Part shown: positions 52,198 to 61,898 of the stretch, one piece after another | How the letters are laid out: each line of letters begins with the position of its first letter | How positions within the stretch are numbered: position 1 is the first letter of the stretch | Origin: Chlorobiota bacterium | Lineage (GTDB): Bacteria > Bacteroidota > Ignavibacteria > Tepidaquicellales > OLB5 | Length of the DNA stretch: 64,000 nt | Assembly (NCBI GenBank): GCA_022616535.1 | Contig: JAKEEM010000035.1 | Span: forward strand, 718 to 64,717 | Direction: 5' to 3' | Translations under genes and position numbers: made by a program | Notes under the pieces: model-generated | What the model was told of the DNA's origin: nothing | Databases searched by the model: none | What the model saw: the letters and a program-made list of their open reading frames with translations, nothing else

Positions 52198-53463
52198 ATG
52201 AATAAAATAATTCTATTTACTTTTTGCTGTATATCTACTGTTAGCCAAAACAGAGCTCAATGGACAGCTGTAGGAAATGTTGGTAATACCATCGATATTT
52301 CAGTAGTAAATGCATCAACTATATGGACGGCTTATAATCTCAATGTATATCTTTCAACAAATGGAGGAGCTAATTTTACCTCAAATTTTTTGGGACCTAA
52401 CCAATTATTTGCTGTATGGGGTATCAGCGCAACTACGTGTTATGCAGGAGACCAGGAAGGCAGAGTCTCAATAACTACTAATGGCGGTTTAAACTGGCAG
52501 GTTGTGCTAAATGCAGGTGGTCCGGAAGGATTTATAAATGATATCGTGTTTTCGCGAACCAATCCTATGATTGGAATGGTATTTAGCGATCCACCTACGG
52601 GAGCGGGTGGAAATGTTTGGCTAGCAAAAACAACTAATGGAGGAAATTCGTGGAGTATTGGAAGCGGCCCTACATCAGCCGGCTTAGTGGGGTCTGTTAA
52701 TTCATTAATGATAATAGATGACCAGTTTTATGGATACGGGTTAAACGGATATAGCCTAGTCAGAATTACAACTAATGGTGGCACTAACTGGCTTTCTCAA
52801 AATCTTGGCACAGGCAGTGGTGATGTAACATCATTGGCTTTCAGCTCTGATAAGATGTCGGGAATAGGATGCAGGTATTTTGGACAGAACATAGCCAAAA
52901 CTACTAATACAGGAGAAAATTGGATAACTCAAAATATAGGGTCATCACAAGCAATAGTGCAATGTAAATGGATTGAGGGAACTGATATAATATATTTATC
53001 AAATGGCCTGATTAGAAAAAGCACAGATAGAGGCAATACATGGAATATAATGACAACCGGAGGGCTTACAAATATAAGATTTATAGATTTTTACAAATCC
53101 GGGAATAACATTTACGGTTATGCAGTGGCTATTTCTGGCGAGGTGTTAAAATTAATTGATAATGTAATGGGCATTCAAACAATAAGTTCAGAAATACCCG
53201 ATAAATTCTCATTATCACAAAACTATCCCAACCCGTTTAATCTAACAACAAATATCAAATTTCAAATCCCAAAATCCGGCTTTGTTAAGCTAACCGTTTT
53301 TGATGTTTTGGGTAAAGAAATTCAGGTATTGATTAACCGGCAACTTTCGCCGGGAACTTATGAAGCTGATTTTGAGGGAAGTAGTCTGCCAAGCGGGGTT
53401 TATTATTATAAAATTGAAACCGATGTTTATGTTGAAACAAGAAAAATGGTTTTATTAAAATAG
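52198..53463 (+). CDS. YCF48/BNR-like beta-propeller with T9SS CTD
   Basis: Repeated TTNGG.NW Asp boxes; CTD. Confidence 0.8.
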   Translation: MNKIILFTFCCISTVSQNRAQWTAVGNVGNTIDISVVNASTIWTAYNLNVYLSTNGGANFTSNFLGPNQLFAVWGISATTCYAGDQEGRVSITTNGGLNWQVVLNAGGPEGFINDIVFSRTNPMIGMVFSDPPTGAGGNVWLAKTTNGGNSWSIGSGPTSAGLVGSVNSLMIIDDQFYGYGLNGYSLVRITTNGGTNWLSQNLGTGSGDVTSLAFSSDKMSGIGCRYFGQNIAKTTNTGENWITQNIGSSQAIVQCKWIEGTDIIYLSNGLIRKSTDRGNTWNIMTTGGLTNIRFIDFYKSGNNIYGYAVAISGEVLKLIDNVMGIQTISSEIPDKFSLSQNYPNPFNLTTNIKFQIPKSGFVKLTVFDVLGKEIQVLINRQLSPGTYEADFEGSSLPSGVYYYKIETDVYVETRKMVLLK

Positions 53464-53469
53464 TTGAAA

Positions 53470-54398
53470 ATGAAAAATTTCTTACTTGCTCTGTTTATTA
53501 TTTCCTTTACAGGGAATTTTAATAAATTTTTTTCACAGGATACAAGTATCGTTAAGTATCTGCCTCTGAAAGTTGGTAACATTTGGGTTTACAACTGGTC
53601 AGGTGTAGGGAATCAGAGTGTAAGTTGAAAATTGTTTCTTCGGCTCAATTCAACAACCATACCTATTATTATTTTGAACAGTTTGGAAATCCCTGCACTT
53701 GTGCTCAATATAGTTATTCGCCATTTTTGATACAGTTAGATAATCCAATTAGGATAGATAGCTCAACTGGCAATATTTTCTGGCGATCCACCACATGCGG
53801 CTGGCATTTTGAAGAAAGCCTTTATGATTCTCTCAAAATGACGCCCGGGGGTTTTGTAAGCAATTCTTGTTTTCTCGTATCAATTCAGGATACAAATAAT
53901 ATATTAGTATTTGCTATACCAGCAAAATCAAAAACCGCCGGACAACCTTTACCTACATATTATAAGTTCAGACGCTATGCACAGAATTTTGGGTTGGTGT
54001 ATTCTATTCAGGGCTGTTCATTTTCAACTACGTGCAGATATACTATTAAAGGTTGTGTATTAAATGGCACAGTTTATGGAGACACAGCATTTCTGGTAGG
54101 AATTAAGCAGATTAATTCTGAAATTCCTGAGCAGTTTACACTTTCCCAAAACTACCCAAACCCCTTCAATCCGTCAGCTAAAATCAATTTCGAAATTCCA
54201 AAATCCGGATTTGTGAAGCTGGTTGTTTTTGATGTTTTGGGCAAAGAAATTCAGGTTTTAGTTGACTGGGTGCTTTCACCGGGAACATATGAAGCTGATT
54301 TTGACGGCAGCAATTTACCAAGCGGTGCGTATTACTATAGGCTTGAAACGGGGCAACTTATAGAAACGAAGAAAATGGTTTTAATAAATAATATGTGA
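53470..54398 (+). pseudogene. Secreted T9SS cargo, variable-loop family member B (frameshifted)
   Basis: ATG 53470 MKNFLLALF...YLPLKVGNIWVY joins ORF 53583-54398 if G3 at 53608-53610 is G4. The end VLINNM* becomes the usual VLIK* with one more A near 54386. Confidence 0.75.
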
Positions 54399-55357
54399 TG
54401 AATAAAATATCAATTGTTACAATATTACTGTCGACCTTCCATGTTTTGGCCCAGGATACAAGCATTACGCAGTATTTACCACTGCAGGTTGGAAATATTT
54501 GGGTTTACCAGTGCAGTCAAAACGGCCAACCTCCTATGTGCGGCGTTTGTTCAAAGAAAATTAGAGTAAATATCACAAGTGCTAACATTATAAATGGTAA
54601 TAGGTATTTTCAGAGTCAGGTAAATACAATACATATTTTCGGTTCATGTCCCGGCTGTTATAGTAACTTGCCGAATTTCAGTTCAAATTTAAGAATTGAT
54701 TCACTTACTGGCAACGTACTTGAATATTTGACCAACGGAGGATGTCCATACAGGCCAAACGAAAAACTTCATGACAGTCTTAAAGCGCGGCTATATGATT
54801 CAATCCGTTATGATTGCCAACCGCCGCAGCAATGGAATGCATACGTATGCAGGGATACGAATAATATAATTATTTTTGGTCAAAGCAGGCAAGCGAGATT
54901 ATATAGTATCCAGTTACTTGAAGGCGGGGGGGGGGAAGAAGATATGTGAAAGGAATAGGGATTGTCAGCAGCGGGTCGGTCTCTGCGTTTTGTAATAATA
55001 ACACTATATTATTGGGTTGTGTAATTAACGGAGTTGTTTATGGGGATACTGGTTTTATGGTTGGTATAAATCAAATTTCTTCTGAAGTCCCCGAAACTTT
55101 TTCACTATTCCAAAACTACCCCAATCCGTTCAATCCGTCAACAAAAATTAAGTTTCAGATTCCAAAGTCTGGTTTTGTAAAACTGACGTTTTTTGATGTT
55201 TTGGGGCAAAGAAATTCAGGTTTTAGTAAACCAAGAGCTTTCGCCGGGAACGTATGAAGCTGATTTTGATGGAAATAATTTGTCAAGCGGGGTATATTAT
55301 TACAAATTGGAAACAGAATTATTTACCGAAACGAAGAAAATGATTTTGGTAAAATAA
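54398..55357 (+). pseudogene. Secreted T9SS cargo, variable-loop family member C (two frameshifts)
   Basis: YLPLQVGNIWVY...; the G10 tract at 54926-54935 needs G11 or G8 to read [10 protein letters not shown]; G4 at 55203-55206 needs G3 to read LGKEIQ...KMILVK* ending at 55357. Confidence 0.78.
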
Positions 55358-55382
55358 ATAAAACACCATGTTTTATCATTAT

Positions 55383-55411
55383 AAAAAGGTAGGGTTAAAC
55401 CCTACCTTTTT
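55383..55411. terminator. Bidirectional intrinsic terminator
   Basis: AAAAAGGTAGGG-TTAAA-CCCTACCTTTTT. Confidence 0.8.
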
Positions 55412-55557
55412 GTTTTCTAATGATTGAATAAAGTTAGCATTTGCAGTTACTTAAAGGAACAGTTTATTATTAAAAATTTTTTTATATTTGAAAATTACCA
55501 CAAAAAACATGTTAACAACTATATTAATTAACTATAAATTAATTACGGGTAACGTAT

Positions 55558-57378
55558 ATGAAAAAAACATTACTTCTTCTGATTTTTGTCTTTGCTTTAA
55601 TCAACGGAATTTATTCAGGCACTTACAAAAAATACTTCAAATACGTTGAACCCGTTCCTGGCGCAAAGCTTGTAAATAAGGAAGTTAGTATTATTATCCG
55701 ACCTTATGAATTTATAAATATAGAAAGCATTTTGAAAAGAGGGTCGGTAAATGTATTTGGTTCATTAGGCGGTTCGTATAACTTAAAAGTAATAACAAGC
55801 GATGACAATAAAACCATTATACTTCAGCCTTTAAAAATGTTTGGTCTGGGTGAAACCGTGACTGTGAAATTCAATTCTACAATTAAAACTGAAAATGGTA
55901 AAAATATAAAGCCATTTTCGTACTACTTTGAAATTAAAACAAGTGAAGTCAGTTTGCCCGAGAATTTTGCTTTTGAAAGTGAAATTAACTTTAAAGAAAT
56001 TTTAAAACAACCAAATGGATACTACTTCAATGATATGGTAAGTAATTTTCCTAATATTTACCTTAATTACTATAATGGACCCTCAAGAGGACGCATTTTT
56101 ATGAGCAATTTTGCATTTAGCCCTCAAGTTCCCAACACTCCGCATTTGATAATACTTAACAATGACGGACAGCCATTCCATTCTATTCAAATGCCAGCCA
56201 ACTGTTTAGATTTCAATGTTCAGCCAAACGGAAACTTAACTTACTACACCTTTACTCACGGAGGCAAGTATTATGAATTGGATTCAAGCAGTTATGCGGT
56301 AGTAGATAGTTTTTACTGCGGACTCGGCGACTCGACAGACTTGCATGAACTTAGACTTCTCCCCAACAGGCATGCTCTTTTGATGAGCTATGACCCTCAA
56401 ATAGTTGATATGAGCCAGATTGTCGAAGGAGGATATCCGTTTGCAACTGTGATAGGTCTGATCATTCAGGAGATTGACGCTAATAAAAACGTGGTTTTTC
56501 GCTGGAGGAGCTGGGACCACTTTCGAATTACAGATGCTACCCATGAGGATTTGTTAGATACTGTAATAGATTATGCTCACGGCAATGCAATTGAGCTTGA
56601 TAACGACGGAAATTTATTGATTTCATCACGACACATGGATGAAATTACAAAAATAAACAGGACAACAGGGGAAATTATCTGGCGTCTCGGGGGCAAGAAT
56701 AACCAATTCACATTTATTAATGACCCAATTAAATTTTCATATCAGCACGCTATAAGGAGAATAAGCAATGGAAACATTACTTTGTTCGATAACGGGAATT
56801 ACCATACACCGCCATTTTCAAGGGCAGTTGAATACAGGCTCGATGAAGGTAACAGAAGGGCAACCCTTGTTTGGGAATACAGAAACAATCCATCTGTTTA
56901 CGGATTGGCGATGGGGTTTGTTCAAAGATTGGATAATGGAAACACTTTGATAAGCTGGGGTTCCACAAATCCTACAGTTACAGAGGTTAGGCCTAACAAA
57001 TCGAAAGTGTTAGAAATATCACTTCCCCCGGGTGTTTTTACATACCGTGCATTCAAATATAAGTGGAAAGAAGGAAGCGACGGACAAATCATTCCTTCTG
57101 GTTACTATCTTAATCAAAATTTTCCTAATCCTTTTAACCCAAGCACGAGTATAAAATTCGGGATTCCGAACTTAAACTCAAACAACTCATCTGTACACGT
57201 TAAACTTAAAGTTTATGATATAATGGGAAGGGAAGTAGCCATCCTTGTCGATGAAAATCTTTCACCTGATTCTTATCGTGCTGAATTCAACGGCAGTAAC
57301 CTATCAAGCGGTATATACTTTTACAAATTGATAGCGGGTGATTTTACCGAATCTAAGAAAATGGTTTTAGTAAAATAG
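55558..57378 (+). CDS. Aryl-sulfate sulfotransferase (ASST) family protein with N-terminal Ig-like domain and T9SS CTD
   Basis: DLHEL, DYAHGNAI, ISSRH, WRLGGK, QHA, LFDNG, YRAFK motifs; CTD. Confidence 0.85.
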   Translation: MKKTLLLLIFVFALINGIYSGTYKKYFKYVEPVPGAKLVNKEVSIIIRPYEFINIESILKRGSVNVFGSLGGSYNLKVITSDDNKTIILQPLKMFGLGETVTVKFNSTIKTENGKNIKPFSYYFEIKTSEVSLPENFAFESEINFKEILKQPNGYYFNDMVSNFPNIYLNYYNGPSRGRIFMSNFAFSPQVPNTPHLIILNNDGQPFHSIQMPANCLDFNVQPNGNLTYYTFTHGGKYYELDSSSYAVVDSFYCGLGDSTDLHELRLLPNRHALLMSYDPQIVDMSQIVEGGYPFATVIGLIIQEIDANKNVVFRWRSWDHFRITDATHEDLLDTVIDYAHGNAIELDNDGNLLISSRHMDEITKINRTTGEIIWRLGGKNNQFTFINDPIKFSYQHAIRRISNGNITLFDNGNYHTPPFSRAVEYRLDEGNRRATLVWEYRNNPSVYGLAMGFVQRLDNGNTLISWGSTNPTVTEVRPNKSKVLEISLPPGVFTYRAFKYKWKEGSDGQIIPSGYYLNQNFPNPFNPSTSIKFGIPNLNSNNSSVHVKLKVYDIMGREVAILVDENLSPDSYRAEFNGSNLSSGIYFYKLIAGDFTESKKMVLVK

Positions 57379-57404
57379 AGCATAAAAATATCGGTTCAAT
57401 CTTG

Positions 57405-57428
57405 GGGGCATTTGCCCCTTTTATTTTT
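57405..57428 (+). terminator. Intrinsic terminator
   Basis: GGGGCA-TT-TGCCCC short GC hairpin followed by a T-rich run. Confidence 0.6.
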
Positions 57429-57512
57429 GAGCAAAGGTTTTTAAAATTTATTGCAGGGAACTATTTAGGATTTTTCAGTGATTAAATCTTTGTTTTTAAT
57501 TATTTTTGCAAA

Positions 57513-59258
57513 TTGATATATCTCAGGTGCTTAATTCCATATCTAAAAGTCTATAAAAAGAAGCTTTTCCTTGGCTTTTTGGTTATTGCAATGAGTGCAA
57601 TTTTTACCAACCTGATCCCCTTGGTGATTTCAAAAGCCGTTGATGATATTAAAGCTCACCTTGCATATGGCTTGCTTTGGCAATACGCCTCCCTAACCGT
57701 TTTATTGGCTTTAATAAGCGGTTTTTTCCTTTTCCTGACAAGACAAACTATAATAATCGTGTCGCGAGAAATTGAAAATGACTTAAGAAATGATTTTTTA
57801 GGTCATATTTTAATACAAGATATGCGGTATTTTCATTATCATCCAACTGGAGAAATTATGGCTCTTGCGACCAATGATATTTCCGCCGTTCGTAACTTTT
57901 TAGGTCCCGGAATTATGTATACTTCGGAAACAATTGTCAACTTTATACTTGCCATTTCCTTTATGATATCACTCAATTTTGAGCTCACCCTAGTTGCAGT
58001 TTTACCCATTCCATTGATTTCGTATGCGGTCTATAAGATAGGCAAAAGCATAAATCATAAATTTGAGCTTGTGCAGGAACAGTTCTCGGTTCTAACTACC
58101 AAAGCCCAGGAGAATCTTTCCGGAATAAAAGTTGTAAAAGCCTACGTCCGTGAAAACAGTGAAATCGAAAGTTTCAGGAGATTATCACTGGATTACATGA
58201 AGAAAAACCTGAAGCTTGCTAAAGTTCAGTCATTTTCTTTTCCAATGATGTTCCTGCTTACGGGCTTCTCGGTGATGATTGTGTTATTTGTCGGTGGAAA
58301 TAAGATAATAAACGAAGTTATGACAATAGGCGAACTCACAGCATTTATAATTTATCTGGGGCTTTTAACCTGGCCGATTATTTCTCTCGGATGGATAATA
58401 AATCTCACTCAAAGGGCTGAAGCTTCTATGAAGCGTTTATGCGAAGTATTTGACAACAGACCCTCAATAGAAGATAGTTCTAGTATTACTAACAGCATTA
58501 TTCCAATTAAAGGCGAAATCGAGTTTAAAAATGTTAATTTCAGGTATTCTAAAGAGCTGCCGTTTGTTTTAAAAGACATTAATCTTAAAATAAATTCAGG
58601 CGAAACGCTGGGTATTATAGGCCATACCGGTTCGGGTAAGACAACTCTTGTTAATTTAATTCCAAGATTATTCGAGGTTAAAGAAGGAGAATTGCTGATA
58701 GGCGGAAAGGACATAAAAACATTCCCCTTCAAAAGCCTCAGAACTTCAATCGGCTATGTTCCGCAGGAAACGTTTCTCTTTTCCGAAACTATTGAAAATA
58801 ACATCGCTTATTCTGAGCAGAATTTTGAAAAGGATAAAGTAATTCAGGCTTCCCAAATATCGCAGATTTATAAGGATGTTGATAATTTTCCTAAGAGATT
58901 TGAAACACTGCTTGGCGAAAGAGGAATTAACCTATCGGGCGGTCAAAAACAGAGAACTTCCATTGCAAGGGCAATACTGGCAGACCCTAAAATTCTCATT
59001 TTAGATGATGCTTTTTCTGCAGTTGATACATATACTGAAGAGGAGATATTAAACGGACTGAAAGAAATTATGGAGAGAAGAACAGCCATCCTTATCAGCC
59101 ATAGAGTTTCTACGCTTAAAAATTCCGATAGAATAATCGTCCTGAGTGACGGAATGATTGCAGAAACGGGGTCGCATGAGTCGCTTATCCAGCAGGAAGG
59201 TATTTACGCAGATATTTATTTCAAACAGCTTTTAGAGGAGGAATTGAAAGAGCTTTAA
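57513..59258 (+). CDS. Heterodimeric ABC exporter subunit (MdlA/YheI-like)
   Basis: TMD plus NBD; GHTGSGKT, LSGGQKQR, degenerate Walker B LDDAFS. Confidence 0.92.
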   Translation: MIYLRCLIPYLKVYKKKLFLGFLVIAMSAIFTNLIPLVISKAVDDIKAHLAYGLLWQYASLTVLLALISGFFLFLTRQTIIIVSREIENDLRNDFLGHILIQDMRYFHYHPTGEIMALATNDISAVRNFLGPGIMYTSETIVNFILAISFMISLNFELTLVAVLPIPLISYAVYKIGKSINHKFELVQEQFSVLTTKAQENLSGIKVVKAYVRENSEIESFRRLSLDYMKKNLKLAKVQSFSFPMMFLLTGFSVMIVLFVGGNKIINEVMTIGELTAFIIYLGLLTWPIISLGWIINLTQRAEASMKRLCEVFDNRPSIEDSSSITNSIIPIKGEIEFKNVNFRYSKELPFVLKDINLKINSGETLGIIGHTGSGKTTLVNLIPRLFEVKEGELLIGGKDIKTFPFKSLRTSIGYVPQETFLFSETIENNIAYSEQNFEKDKVIQASQISQIYKDVDNFPKRFETLLGERGINLSGGQKQRTSIARAILADPKILILDDAFSAVDTYTEEEILNGLKEIMERRTAILISHRVSTLKNSDRIIVLSDGMIAETGSHESLIQQEGIYADIYFKQLLEEELKEL

Positions 59259-59277
59259 AATATGACTGACTTTAATT

Positions 59278-61083
59278 ATGGCAGACGAGCAGAATAAAAA
59301 AGTTAACGAGCACGAAGAGCACGAGGATGAAATTCTGGGCAAGGCATACGATGCCAAGCTGATGAAAAGACTCATCAGGTATTTAAAACCATATTCAAAT
59401 TGGGTTATAATTGCAATTATATTTACTGTAGGGGTTGCACTCTTAAGCACTGTAAGACCTTACTTAACTAAGATTGCTATCGATGATTATATTCTGAATA
59501 AAGATTCCATTGGTCTGAGAAATATAATTTTAATTCTCTTCGGAACGCTGGTTTTTCAGGGTGTTGTCCAGTATGTTATGACTTATTTAACACAATGGAT
59601 TGGCCAGAAGACGATATTTGACCTTCGAATGGGGCTTTTTGAGCATGTGCAGAAGCTTTCGATGAGCTTTTTCGATAAAAATCCGGTTGGCAGGCTTGTT
59701 ACCCGTCTTACAAATGATATCGAAGTATTAAATGAAATGTTTTCTTCGGGTATCGTAATGGTATTCGCAGATGTATTTATTATTGGGGGTATTTTGTTTT
59801 TTATGTTCAGTTTAAGCTGGCAGTTGAGTTTAATTGCACTCTCTGTCGTTATACCTCTAATTTATGCTACAATTGTGTTCAGGCGCAAAGTACGCTCGGC
59901 ATTTCGCGACGTTAGGTTTTTCCTTGCAAAAATGAATGCGTTTCTGCAGGAGCATGCAAGCGGAATTCTTGTTGTTAAAATATTTAATAAGGAAAGAAAA
60001 ACGCTCGAGGATTTTAAGAAGATTAATTATGACCATACAAAAGCAAATAAAAGATCGGTTCTATACTACTCAATTTTTTTCCCTGTTGTTGAGTTAATCG
60101 GCGCCATCTCGGGGGGACTTATAATATGGTATGGCGGAGGGGAGGTTCTGCACGGTATTCTAACAATTGGCATTTTGATATCATTTATCCAGTATTCCGA
60201 AATGTTTTTCAGGCCGATAAGAGATTTATCCGAAAAATATAATATTATGCAGACTGCAATGGCTTCATCGGAAAGGATTTTTAAGCTTCTTGACAGAAAA
60301 GCAGCAATTTCTGATGCTGAAAACCCAATGGAGCTTAAAGATGTAAAAGGAAATATAGAATTCAGAAATGTCTGGTTTGCATATATAAATGAAGACTATG
60401 TATTAAAGAACATATCATTTACAATTAAGCAAGGGGAAAAAATTGCATTTGTAGGTGCAACTGGTGCCGGCAAGACATCGGTAATGAATTTGATTTGCAG
60501 GTTTTATGATATTCAAAAAGGGGAGATTTTAATTGACAATGTTAACATTAAAGATATACAGCAATCCGATTTGAGGAAAAATATTGGGCTTGTTGTTCAG
60601 GATATATTTTTGTTTTCCGATTCAATTGCAAACAATATAAGCTTAAATAATAATCGGATTAACCCTGAAAAAATTAAACAGGCGGCAAAAATAATAGGAA
60701 TTAATTATTTTATAGAGCGGCTTCCTTTAAATTACGAACAAAACGTGAAAGAACGCGGCATAACTCTTTCGCAAGGACAGAGGCAGCTGATTACATTTGC
60801 GCGGGCGCTTGCATATAATCCTAAAATTTTAATTCTTGACGAAGCCACCTCCAGCGTTGATACCCACTCCGAAATTTTGATACAAAGAGCAATTGATAAG
60901 CTCATGGAAGGAAGAACATCCATAATTATTGCTCACCGCTTATCCACAATTCAAAAATGCGATAAGATTATTGTTATGCATAAGGGCGAGATAAGGGAAA
61001 TTGGAACTCACCAGGAGCTTTTGGAGCTCGGAGGGATTTATTCAAAGCTCTACCAGCTCCAGTACAAGGAATCCTTAGCTTGA
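59278..61083 (+). CDS. Heterodimeric ABC exporter subunit (MdlB/YheH-like)
   Basis: GATGAGKT, degenerate signature LSQGQRQ, LDEATS, IAHRLST. Confidence 0.92.
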   Translation: MADEQNKKVNEHEEHEDEILGKAYDAKLMKRLIRYLKPYSNWVIIAIIFTVGVALLSTVRPYLTKIAIDDYILNKDSIGLRNIILILFGTLVFQGVVQYVMTYLTQWIGQKTIFDLRMGLFEHVQKLSMSFFDKNPVGRLVTRLTNDIEVLNEMFSSGIVMVFADVFIIGGILFFMFSLSWQLSLIALSVVIPLIYATIVFRRKVRSAFRDVRFFLAKMNAFLQEHASGILVVKIFNKERKTLEDFKKINYDHTKANKRSVLYYSIFFPVVELIGAISGGLIIWYGGGEVLHGILTIGILISFIQYSEMFFRPIRDLSEKYNIMQTAMASSERIFKLLDRKAAISDAENPMELKDVKGNIEFRNVWFAYINEDYVLKNISFTIKQGEKIAFVGATGAGKTSVMNLICRFYDIQKGEILIDNVNIKDIQQSDLRKNIGLVVQDIFLFSDSIANNISLNNNRINPEKIKQAAKIIGINYFIERLPLNYEQNVKERGITLSQGQRQLITFARALAYNPKILILDEATSSVDTHSEILIQRAIDKLMEGRTSIIIAHRLSTIQKCDKIIVMHKGEIREIGTHQELLELGGIYSKLYQLQYKESLA

Positions 61084-61086
61084 GAA

Positions 61087-61680
61087 TTGATTAGCAAAAT
61101 TTTTATAGCTTCCCGCAATAAAGGCAAGATTAAGGAAATAAAAAATTACCTTGACGGTTTGGATATTTCTTTTTCTTCACTGCTTGATACTCCGCGTATT
61201 GAAAATATTGAGGAAACAGGAAAAACATTTGAGGAAAATGCACTGATAAAGGGCCGATCAGTTTATAATGAGGTCAAAATTCCAGTTCTTGCGGATGATT
61301 CCGGTTTGGAAGTTGACTGCTTAAAAGGTGAACCGGGGATTTTATCCGCGAGATATGCAGGAAAAAACTCGGATGATAAAAAAAACTGCGAGAAGTTGCT
61401 GAAAAATTTAGAAGAAGTCACTGGCGCCGGTAGAAGTGCCAAATTCAAATGCATTTTGGTTTATCTCGATGAAGGAGGACCTAAGTATTTTGAAGGCGTG
61501 TGCAAGGGTATAATAATTGAAGAAACCAGAGGACAAAACGGTTTCGGTTATGACCCTATTTTTGTTCCCGACGGTTTTTCAAAAACATTTGCTGAACTTG
61601 ATTTTGAAACAAAAAGCAGAATTTCACATAGGGGGATTGCTTTAAAAAAGCTTAGAGAATATCTTACTGCAAATAACTAA
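61087..61680 (+). CDS. rdgB: Non-canonical purine NTP pyrophosphatase (RdgB/HAM1)
   Basis: ASRNKGKIKE, EETGKTFEENA, ADDSGL, GFGYDPIF, ISHRG. Confidence 0.95.
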   Translation: MISKIFIASRNKGKIKEIKNYLDGLDISFSSLLDTPRIENIEETGKTFEENALIKGRSVYNEVKIPVLADDSGLEVDCLKGEPGILSARYAGKNSDDKKNCEKLLKNLEEVTGAGRSAKFKCILVYLDEGGPKYFEGVCKGIIIEETRGQNGFGYDPIFVPDGFSKTFAELDFETKSRISHRGIALKKLREYLTANN

Positions 61681-61711
61681 AATTTACATTGAAGGTTCTA
61701 AATGTGAAGTT

Positions 61712-61719
61712 TATATTTG
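61712..61719 (+). promoter_or_regulatory. TATATTTG -7 promoter element upstream of tRNA-Thr
   Basis: TAnnTTTG ends 8 nt before the tRNA, with TTG about 20 nt upstream. Confidence 0.45.
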
Positions 61720-61727
61720 TATTCTTT

Positions 61728-61800
61728 GCTGGCGTAGCTCAGCTGGTAGAGCAGCGCACTTGTAATGCGCAGGTCGGGGGTTCAAGTCCCTTCGCCAGCT
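61728..61800 (+). tRNA. tRNA-Thr(TGT)
   Basis: GCTGGCGTAGCTCAGCTGGTAGAGCA-GCGCA-CTTGTAA-TGCGC-AGGTCGGGGGTTCAAGTCCCTTCGCCAGCT. Confidence 0.96.
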
Positions 61801-61898
61801 CTTTAAAACCCAAAATGAATAAAACTCGGGTTTTGCTTAAATTTTTTGAAAAAGTACCCTTAGTTGCTTTCTAAGTTTCGCTAAAGGAGGGGTCCATT

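Noticed and set aside
51319-55357. Diversity-generating retroelement or integron cassette array
   Set aside because: No reverse transcriptase, no adenine-specific TR/VR pair and no integrase; the intergenic gaps of 0-6 nt are too short for attC sites.
57513-61083. Degenerate Walker B and signature motifs as a novelty
   Set aside because: This asymmetry is normal for heterodimeric ABC exporters.
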